Positions 57,153-64,000 of a DNA stretch of 64,000 nucleotides are shown here, piece after piece. Source of the DNA: Parcubacteria group bacterium. Its GTDB lineage: Bacteria > Patescibacteriota > Minisyncoccia > Phycocordibacterales > 21-14-all-47-15. The notes beneath the pieces were generated by a model. It did not search any database, was not told the origin of the DNA, and saw only the letters and a list, made by a program, of their open reading frames with translations. A program made the translations under genes and the position numbers. The DNA lies in contig JACOYO010000005.1 of assembly GCA_016181845.1 (NCBI GenBank), positions 66,845 to 130,844 on the forward strand, written 5' to 3'. Every line of letters starts with the position of its first letter. Position 1 is the first letter of the stretch.

Positions 57153-57836
57153 TTATTTTGGGGAAACGATAACTACAAATTCTCCGCGTACTTTGTCCGG
57201 ATTTTTTTGAAAATATTCTCGCACTTCCGATACCGTTCCTCTGACTGTTTCTTCAAACAATTTTGATATCTCGCGAACAACGGCAATGGAACGGTCCGGA
57301 AAAAGAACTTGCTCAAGCGCTTCAAGCGCCTTCAAAATCCGATGTGGTGATTCGTAAAAAACAGCCGTCCGCTCTGAAGCGGCGATTTCTTTGAAGATTG
57401 TTTGCCTCCCCTTTTTGTGCGGTAAAAATCCGAAAAACAAAAAAGAATCTGCTGAAAAACCGGAAACGGAAAGCGCGGCTGTAATAGCGCTTGGGCCAGG
57501 AATGGGAATAATCGCCACCTCGTTGCCAAACGCTTCTATTACTTGCGATACCAAAAAACTCCCAGGGTCTGAAATCGCGGGGGTCCCGGCATCTGATACC
57601 AATGCGAGATTTTTTCCTTCGCGAAGCAATTCAATAATTTTTTCCGATTTCGCAGTGCCGCTATGAGTATGGTAGCTCAAAGTCGGCGTATGAATGTCAT
57701 ACCGCGCGAGCAATTTTTTTGTCACCCGCGTATCTTCGCACAAAATCAAATCAACCGTCTTGAGCGTTTCAAGAGCGCGGAGCGTTATGTCGCCCAAATT
57801 TCCTATCGGCGTTGCAACAATATAGAAAGTTGGCAT
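57153..57836 (-). CDS. rsmI: 16S rRNA C1402 2'-O-methyltransferase
   Basis: VATPIGNLGDIT, EDTR, SDAGTPAISDPG, YESPHR, GEFV. Confidence 0.96.
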   Translation of the reverse strand: MPTFYIVATPIGNLGDITLRALETLKTVDLILCEDTRVTKKLLARYDIHTPTLSYHTHSGTAKSEKIIELLREGKNLALVSDAGTPAISDPGSFLVSQVIEAFGNEVAIIPIPGPSAITAALSVSGFSADSFLFFGFLPHKKGRQTIFKEIAASERTAVFYESPHRILKALEALEQVLFPDRSIAVVREISKLFEETVRGTVSEVREYFQKNPDKVRGEFVVIVSPK

Positions 57837-57935
57837 AAATTATATGCTAACACCAGAACATTTTGTATTCAAATTTAAAAACTTAATAAAAAAATCGTGG
57901 CGCAGACAACAAGCCTACACCACGATAAGATTTTT

Positions 57936-58937
57936 TTATTTTTTTCTCAAAAACTCTGCCCACTCTAAATCTTCTTCTCTCAAGATATCCCACAAAATAG
58001 GGACTAAGTCCCTATCAAATTTCACACCGGTTAAACGGATTATTTCCTTGTATATATCCTCTTTAGTCCACGCTTTTTTGTATGGACGCTCGTTATTAAG
58101 CGCGTCAAAAGTATCAATCAAAGTGACGATACGCGCAAAAATATGAATATTTTTGCCGGATAAACCCATTGGGTAACCGCTTCCATCAAAATTTTCATGA
58201 TGCTGTTCTGGAATAACGGCAATTTTTTTAAGCAAATAATCGTCTGTCTCTTTAAGCAAGGTTGACCCAATAATAGAGTGTTCGCGCATTAACATCCATT
58301 CAGCATCAGTGAGTTTTGATGGTTTCTTTAAAATACCATCCGGAATGCCAACTTTACCTAAATCGTGCAGAGGCGCGCCGAGTTCCAACAAAAATAATTC
58401 ATCTCTGGAAAGGCCGATCCGTATGCCCATTTCAACAGAACGTTTCTGGACACGCTTTACGTGCTCGCCGGTAGTCACATCTTTATATTCAGAGACACGG
58501 CCAAGCAGACATCCTATTTTTTTCAACCACTGATTTCGTTCATCCAGTATCAACATTCCTTGAGTCGCGACGTTTTTATTGCCAATTTTTTTGTTTGCGG
58601 AACCAATGCGTAAAAAACGTATTCCTTTCCCAACAGTCTTACCATATACGGCTCTTTCTAATTCCAATTCTCCATATTCGGAAAATCTATGATTAAAAAG
58701 GCACATTTCTTTCTCTGAATGGCCAAAGACTTTTAACACATCGGCAATATTTGAACCAATCACTCTGCTTTTGCGTATCTTTTTCAAAGAAAGATGTTCC
58801 AACCATTCAAAGAATTTCTTATTTGCAAAGAGTATTGATTCCCCGTCTTTATCTAACAAGAAAAAAGGATTTTTTTGCTGAACTATAGCCTCAAAGGCTA
58901 GTTCCTTTACATCGGCAATCTTGCGTTTGGACGCCAT
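57936..58937 (-). CDS. HD-GYP domain phosphodiesterase
   Basis: TGEHVKRV, LHDLGK, HHENFDGSGYP, DTFDAL..RPYK; SD GAGGTGA. Confidence 0.9.
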   Translation of the reverse strand: MASKRKIADVKELAFEAIVQQKNPFFLLDKDGESILFANKKFFEWLEHLSLKKIRKSRVIGSNIADVLKVFGHSEKEMCLFNHRFSEYGELELERAVYGKTVGKGIRFLRIGSANKKIGNKNVATQGMLILDERNQWLKKIGCLLGRVSEYKDVTTGEHVKRVQKRSVEMGIRIGLSRDELFLLELGAPLHDLGKVGIPDGILKKPSKLTDAEWMLMREHSIIGSTLLKETDDYLLKKIAVIPEQHHENFDGSGYPMGLSGKNIHIFARIVTLIDTFDALNNERPYKKAWTKEDIYKEIIRLTGVKFDRDLVPILWDILREEDLEWAEFLRKK

Positions 58938-59089
58938 ATATATCACCTCGCAAAGTTATAAAAAGAACAATCAGCCATTACCGGTACCCCTATTTACAGG
59001 GTAACAAACGTGTCAAGTACATTTTCCTGCACGCAAAGCGCCGGCGCGTTTTGCTCTCGCCGCATAAAAAGTGATTGAGAGGAGCTCGT

Positions 59090-59152
59090 TTATCCACAGT
59101 TGACACAAAAATTGGTTAAGAGTAATATTTAAGTGTTTATGCAAGTACTTAA
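59090..59152 (+). promoter_or_regulatory. DnaA box, promoter and candidate ArsR operator
   Basis: TTATCCACA 59090-59098; TTGACA-17-TAATAT; TTAAGT...ACTTAA inverted repeat 59129-59152. Confidence 0.6.
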
Positions 59153-59157
59153 CTAAT

Positions 59158-59481
59158 ATGCTGACAAAAGAACAGGTAAACAAAATAAAAAAAGAGTTGT
59201 CGGACGAAAAAGATCGGATGCCAATCATTCTTAGCGCTTTGGGAGACCCGGGCAAATTTAGAATTTTCAAGCTACTAATGAAGCACCATGATATTTGTGT
59301 GACAGATGTCGCGAATGTTTTTGATATTACGGTATCGGCGGCATCCCAACAGTTGCGGGTTCTTGAAATGCTGGAACTGGTCGAGAAAATGAGAATGGGA
59401 CAGATGGTTTGCTACGAACTGAAGAAGAGTACACGCACCGTTAAACAATTAATACAATTTATATCAAATACGATATATTGA
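59158..59481 (+). CDS. ArsR/SmtB family transcriptional regulator
   Basis: ALGDPGKFRI, ICVTDVA, SAASQQLRVL. Confidence 0.92.
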   Translation: MLTKEQVNKIKKELSDEKDRMPIILSALGDPGKFRIFKLLMKHHDICVTDVANVFDITVSAASQQLRVLEMLELVEKMRMGQMVCYELKKSTRTVKQLIQFISNTIY

Positions 59482-59570
59482 CGTCGCTCGGACATCGTGT
59501 AAATGATTACCTTTCCACGTGCTCCTCGCTAGTCAATTAAAGTCAATCAAATAAATAATTAAAATAAAAT

Positions 59571-59804
59571 ATGCAAAAAATAACTATCTACACAACCCCG
59601 ACTTGCGCTTATTGCAAAATGGCCAAAGCTTTTTTCAAAGAACATAATGTTGCCTATGAAGAAAAAGATGTGGCAAGCGATCATGCTTTGGCGGAAGAAA
59701 TGGTCAAAAAATCAGGTCAGATGGCCGTTCCTGTCATTGATATTGATGGTCAAATTGTAGTCGGCTTTGATCAGGGAAGACTTTCGGAATTATTGCGCAT
59801 ATAA
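59571..59804 (+). CDS. Glutaredoxin (NrdH/YruB-like)
   Basis: TPTCAYC, SGQMAVPVI, VGFD. Confidence 0.92.
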   Translation: MQKITIYTTPTCAYCKMAKAFFKEHNVAYEEKDVASDHALAEEMVKKSGQMAVPVIDIDGQIVVGFDQGRLSELLRI

Positions 59805-59819
59805 AGTAATCTAAAAAAT

Positions 59820-60464
59820 ATGAGCAACAAAGTATTAATTGGCGGTATAATTCTCGGAGCGGTCGGTCTTTTGGTTGTCGGGAGATTCTATGGCGGCAAT
59901 ACCGCATCGCAAAACGCCTCTGTTTACAACGGCGCGCTAGAAACTGCTTCTCAAAAAAATCTTGCGCCGGACTTTTTGCTACAGAAGTTGGGTGGCGGCA
60001 CGATTACCATCTCGGAGTTTAATGGCAAGAAGCCGGTAGTCGTGGATTTTTGGGCTTCGTGGTGTCCGAACTGTCGACGAGATATGCCAAATCTAAATCG
60101 TTTTTACGAAAAATACAAAGATCAAATTGAGGTTATCGGGGTTAATTTACAGGAACGTGAGTCGGTCATTTTAGATTTTGTTACATCGCGCGACATACGT
60201 TTCCCTATCGCGCTTGACCCCAAAAGACAAGCGTCAAATGCTTTTGGAATTCAATACACCAACACGCATTTTTTAATAGATAAGGATGGCAATCTTGTAC
60301 GTATCATTCCGGGCGATATCAGAGAAGAGGATATTCTCTCTCTTATCATGGGCGGCGCTGACAATAATCAATCATCTATCCCTGACGAGAAGCCGTGTAA
60401 ACTCGCCTATGCTGAAGGTACCCAGGACGGCGAACAACCCGGTGTTTGCGCGTATTCTTCGTAA
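59820..60464 (+). CDS. TlpA-family thiol:disulfide reductase
   Basis: APDF, FWASWCPNC. Confidence 0.9.
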   Translation: MSNKVLIGGIILGAVGLLVVGRFYGGNTASQNASVYNGALETASQKNLAPDFLLQKLGGGTITISEFNGKKPVVVDFWASWCPNCRRDMPNLNRFYEKYKDQIEVIGVNLQERESVILDFVTSRDIRFPIALDPKRQASNAFGIQYTNTHFLIDKDGNLVRIIPGDIREEDILSLIMGGADNNQSSIPDEKPCKLAYAEGTQDGEQPGVCAYSS

Positions 60465-60469
60465 AACAT

Positions 60470-61507
60470 ATGGGTTCCAGAATGATAATCATTTTCATAA
60501 CAGTCATTGTGGCAATTTCGGCGATATTTGTTTTGTCACGTACCGTGTTTAGAAATGATTTTTCTTTGCCACAGAGTGGAGAAATTAAAAAAGAAACAAT
60601 TACCATGGATAATAACAATCAATCTTTTTCAACTAAAGAAATTATGGTTACTGACGGTGTAAAACATAGCGTCCCATTAAGTGAAATTATCGGCGGCGGG
60701 CCGCCTAAAGACGGAATTCCTTCCATTGATAATCCAAAATTTATTTCTGCCAAAGACGCGAGTAAGCAATTATCAGATGAAGAGCCCGGCATTGCCTTGG
60801 ATATTGGCGGCACCGCCCGATTTTATCCGTTTCAAATTCTCGTGTGGCATGAGATTGTAAATGATACAATCAATGGTGAGCGTGTCCTCATAACCTATTG
60901 CCCGCTTTGCCTTTCGGGAATCGTATTTGATCCGCTGGTAGACAACGAGCGCGTTTTATTCGGAACTTCAGGCAAACTCTGGAACTCAAATCTTGTGATG
61001 TATGACCGCAAAACCGATTCGCTCTGGTCGCAGATTTTGGGCGAAGCGATTGTTGGAGAAAAAACAGGAACGCGTCTCGCCGTTTTATCGTCCGATCAGA
61101 TTAGATTCGGCGAATGGAAGAAAGCGCATCCTAATGGAGAAGTGCTATCGCGAGATACCGGAGCGACGCGGTTTTATGGGCAAGATCCGTATGGTGATTA
61201 CTACACAACCCCGGGCACCTATTTCCCAGTCGGTAAAAAAGACGCCCGCTTAAGCGACAAAGATTTTGTGCTTGGCATCGTGATAAATGGAAAAGCAAAA
61301 GCGTACTTGCCGGAAACAATAAAAAAATTGAGCGAGGTAGAAGATCGTTTTGAAAACAAAACGATTGTTGCTCAATACGAAAAAGATATTGACGCGGTGC
61401 GGCTTTTTGAGAAGAAGTCAGACGACACTCTTGAACGCATTAATCCATTCGGCACATTTTGGTTTTCGTGGGTTGCCACGCATCCCGATACTGAATTATT
61501 AAAATAA
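60470..61507 (+). CDS. DUF3179 domain protein
   Basis: GGPPKDGIPSID, WHEIVND, TYCPLC, GTSGKL, MYDR.T.SLWSQ, FWFSW...HP. Confidence 0.85.
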   Translation: MGSRMIIIFITVIVAISAIFVLSRTVFRNDFSLPQSGEIKKETITMDNNNQSFSTKEIMVTDGVKHSVPLSEIIGGGPPKDGIPSIDNPKFISAKDASKQLSDEEPGIALDIGGTARFYPFQILVWHEIVNDTINGERVLITYCPLCLSGIVFDPLVDNERVLFGTSGKLWNSNLVMYDRKTDSLWSQILGEAIVGEKTGTRLAVLSSDQIRFGEWKKAHPNGEVLSRDTGATRFYGQDPYGDYYTTPGTYFPVGKKDARLSDKDFVLGIVINGKAKAYLPETIKKLSEVEDRFENKTIVAQYEKDIDAVRLFEKKSDDTLERINPFGTFWFSWVATHPDTELLK

Positions 61508-61518
61508 TTTTTAAAAAC

Positions 61519-62109
61519 ATGAGTACACAAGTTAAAATAAAAATCATACTGGGCAGTACCAGACAAAATCGTTTCAGCGACAAGCCTGGAGCGTGGATTT
61601 TTGAGGAGACAAAGAAAAAAGAAGGGGTTGACGCCGAACTGCTTGATTTGCGCGATTACCCTCTTCCGTTTTTTGATGAGCCAATGTCGCCCGCGATGAT
61701 AAAAGACGGAGCATATCCGAATGAAGCGACAAAAAAATGGGCTCTTAAAATCAGTGAAGCTGACGCGTTTATTATGGTAACGCCGGAATACAACCACGGC
61801 ACATCTGGAGTTTTGAAAAATGCGCTTGATTCCGTTTACACCGAGTGGAACAACAAACCGATTGGTTTTGTCTCTTATGGCGGCGTTGGCGGCGCTCGCG
61901 CTGTTGAGCAATTACGTCTCGTCGCTATAGAACTTCAAATGGCGCCTATCAGAAGCGCGGTGCATATCATGGGTGGACCGTGGAATTTACTGGATGACAA
62001 TGGAAAATTAAAAGACGGAGCCCTTGAACCATTTCAACAAAGTGCTGAAGGAATGCTTGATCAACTTATGTGGTGGGCGCGCGCGTTAAAAACAGCAAGA
62101 GAACAATAA
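61519..62109 (+). CDS. NADPH-dependent FMN reductase
   Basis: GSTRQNR, TPEYNHG..GVLKNALD, GGARAVEQLR. Confidence 0.92.
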   Translation: MSTQVKIKIILGSTRQNRFSDKPGAWIFEETKKKEGVDAELLDLRDYPLPFFDEPMSPAMIKDGAYPNEATKKWALKISEADAFIMVTPEYNHGTSGVLKNALDSVYTEWNNKPIGFVSYGGVGGARAVEQLRLVAIELQMAPIRSAVHIMGGPWNLLDDNGKLKDGALEPFQQSAEGMLDQLMWWARALKTAREQ

Positions 62110-62119
62110 AAACAGCGGC

Positions 62120-62662
62120 ATGAAAATCACCATTATCAGCGCGGCGATTGTTATTATTGTTTGGGCGGCAATTTCTAGAATCGGGCACATTCCAAACATA
62201 TATTCAACAGACAACACGGAAACGCCGACAAAGTCCGACTCCCGATTAGACAAAGCGCCTGATTTTTCTTTGCAAGATTATGAAGGGAAAATAGTAAGAT
62301 TGTCCGACTTCAAAGGCAAACCGATCGTGATAAATTCTTGGGCCGCGTGGTGTCCGTTCTGTCGCAAAGAGTTGGTTGATTTTGCGGCGGCGCAACATGA
62401 GTTTGGCGACAAAATGGTGGTGATTGCCATTGACCGCGCCGAGTCGCGCGATACGGCAAAAAAGTATACAGACGAACTTGCGGTAACGAGCGATATCGTG
62501 TTCCTGCTTGATCCTTCCGACAGTTTCTACCGGTCAATCGGCGGTTTCTCAATGCCGGAAACGATTTTTGTAAGCAGAGACGGGCACATTGTTGACCACA
62601 AGCGAGGACCGATGGGCGTCAGCGAAATACGCGAGAGAATTCAGAAAATTTTAATAAATTAA
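62120..62662 (+). CDS. TlpA-family thiol:disulfide reductase
   Basis: APDFSL, WAAWCPFC, MPET. Confidence 0.9.
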   Translation: MKITIISAAIVIIVWAAISRIGHIPNIYSTDNTETPTKSDSRLDKAPDFSLQDYEGKIVRLSDFKGKPIVINSWAAWCPFCRKELVDFAAAQHEFGDKMVVIAIDRAESRDTAKKYTDELAVTSDIVFLLDPSDSFYRSIGGFSMPETIFVSRDGHIVDHKRGPMGVSEIRERIQKILIN

Positions 62663-62671
62663 AATGAAATT

Positions 62672-64000
62672 ATGCGAACATTTGATGTTATCATTATAGG
62701 GGCCGGCTCTGGAGGATTGAATGTGTCGTCGTTTATGGCTCGGGCCGGTTTCAAAACCTTATTAATCAATAAGGACGAGCAATCAATAGGCGGAGATTGT
62801 CTCAATTTCGGATGCGTTCCTTCAAAGGCGCTTATCCATGTGGCTCGCGAAATATGGTCAGGCAGAAATATCGGCCGATTTGGATTAAAAATTGAAGGTC
62901 AAACTGATATCAAGGCAGTTACCTCTTACATAAAGTCAAAGCAGAACATCATCCGCTTAGACGAAAATTCGCAAGCCCTTGCAAAAAAAAATATATCGGT
63001 GGCGTTGGGAGAAGCGCGTTTTGTAGGACCAAAAACAATATCCCTGAACGGCGAATTATTTACGGCCAAAAATATTGTTATCGCGACAGGCTCACGGCCG
63101 CGAACGCTTACGGTGCCAGGCGTGGGCAATGTCAAGGAATTATTTAACAATGAAACCATTTTTGATATAGATTTCTTACCAAAAAAATTAGTGGTTGTCG
63201 GCGGAGGGCCGATCGGATTGGAATTGGGTCAAGCATTTTTTTACCTAGGTTCTCAAGTGTCAATTATCAGCCAAGAGGAAGGAATTTTAAATAAAGAGGA
63301 CCCTGAAATTTCAAATAGATTGCTTGAGCATCTGAAAAAACTCGGTATGATATTTCATGTAAGCAGCCGCCCAATTAAATTTGAGAGTGAAAATAAAATA
63401 GTGATAAGCAAAAACAATAAGGAAGAAGTTTTGGAATTTGACGCGCTTTTGGTCTCAATCGGACGCGAACTTAATACGGAGAACCTTGATTTGGACAAAG
63501 CGGGAATTAAAATGAATGGCAGAAAAATAATCACGGACGACTATTTAAGAACCACCAATAAAAATGTGTTTTTGGTCGGCGATGTCGCCGGCGGACATCA
63601 ATTCACTCACGCCGCCGAACTGCACGCTTCCGTGGTTATAAAAAATTTCTTTTCTCCACTGCGAAAAAAAATAAATACCGACAAAATGGCTTGGGTGACA
63701 TACACCGACCCCGAAATAGCCACTTTTGGACTGGGCGAGGCGGAACTCAAAAAACAAAAAGTGGATTATTCAATGATACGGACGGATTTTGAAAAAGATG
63801 ACCGAGCAATCGTTGATGAAGCCACGAACGGTTTTTTGAAATTATTTATCGGCAAGAATAAAAGAATTTTGGGAGGTTCTATGATAAGGAAAAACGCCGG
63901 AGAATTGGTTCAGGAGCTCATTTTGGCAAACAGCGCGAATGTGCCTATTTCCGCGCTGTTTAATAAAATTTACCCATACCCCACTGCCTCCAGAATAAAT
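62672..64000 (+). CDS. Pyridine nucleotide-disulfide oxidoreductase (MerA/Lpd-like), runs off window; absent from ORF track
   Basis: Manual translation: MRTFDVIIIGAGSGG, GGDCLNFGCVPSK, IATGS, GGGPIGLE, YTDPEIA, YPYPT. Confidence 0.9.
   Translation, partial: MRTFDVIIIGAGSGGLNVSSFMARAGFKTLLINKDEQSIGGDCLNFGCVPSKALIHVAREIWSGRNIGRFGLKIEGQTDIKAVTSYIKSKQNIIRLDENSQALAKKNISVALGEARFVGPKTISLNGELFTAKNIVIATGSRPRTLTVPGVGNVKELFNNETIFDIDFLPKKLVVVGGGPIGLELGQAFFYLGSQVSIISQEEGILNKEDPEISNRLLEHLKKLGMIFHVSSRPIKFESENKIVISKNNKEEVLEFDALLVSIGRELNTENLDLDKAGIKMNGRKIITDDYLRTTNKNVFLVGDVAGGHQFTHAAELHASVVIKNFFSPLRKKINTDKMAWVTYTDPEIATFGLGEAELKKQKVDYSMIRTDFEKDDRAIVDEATNGFLKLFIGKNKRILGGSMIRKNAGELVQELILANSANVPISALFNKIYPYPTASRIN

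Noticed and set aside
62672-64000. Definitive merA call
   Set aside because: C-terminus is outside the window, no NmerA domain or mer transport genes; YPYPT does not settle it

Overview
Chromosomal window of a Patescibacteria/CPR (Parcubacteria-like) bacterium using genetic code 11. Core content: a type IV pilus operon (pilM-N-O-hyp-pilB-response regulator-pilT-pilC) with comF, two GH130 genes plus a HAD-IIB phosphomannomutase-like gene, recG, a MacAB-like ABC exporter, ftsH, smpB-tmRNA, infC-rpmI-rplT, ndk, a VirD4-like ATPase, a truncated spc cluster (rpsN to map), groES/EL, secG, rnj and rsmI. Accessory content: a GP88-like gene, a tRNA-Ser-linked island (GIY-YIG, DpnA-like methyltransferase, MutH/Sau3AI nuclease, RHH-YfbU), a fused alpha-beta 2-oxoacid oxidoreductase, a ParB-like/HhH-glycosylase pair, an HD-GYP gene and an ArsR-led thiol-redox island. 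The most striking signal is non-coding. (1) Homologous, covarying structured elements sit at the 3' ends of tRNA-Ile(UAU) and tmRNA; each carries an antisense copy and a direct duplicate of its own host RNA 3' end, and one appears to have replaced a neighbouring gene's stop codon. (2) A second covarying element of about 135-140 nt is present twice. (3) A roughly 78-nt heptad-periodic hairpin occurs five times, each 6-8 nt before a start codon. (4) Several short REP-like palindromes are present. All calls come from reading the sequence and recalled motifs; no searches were run.
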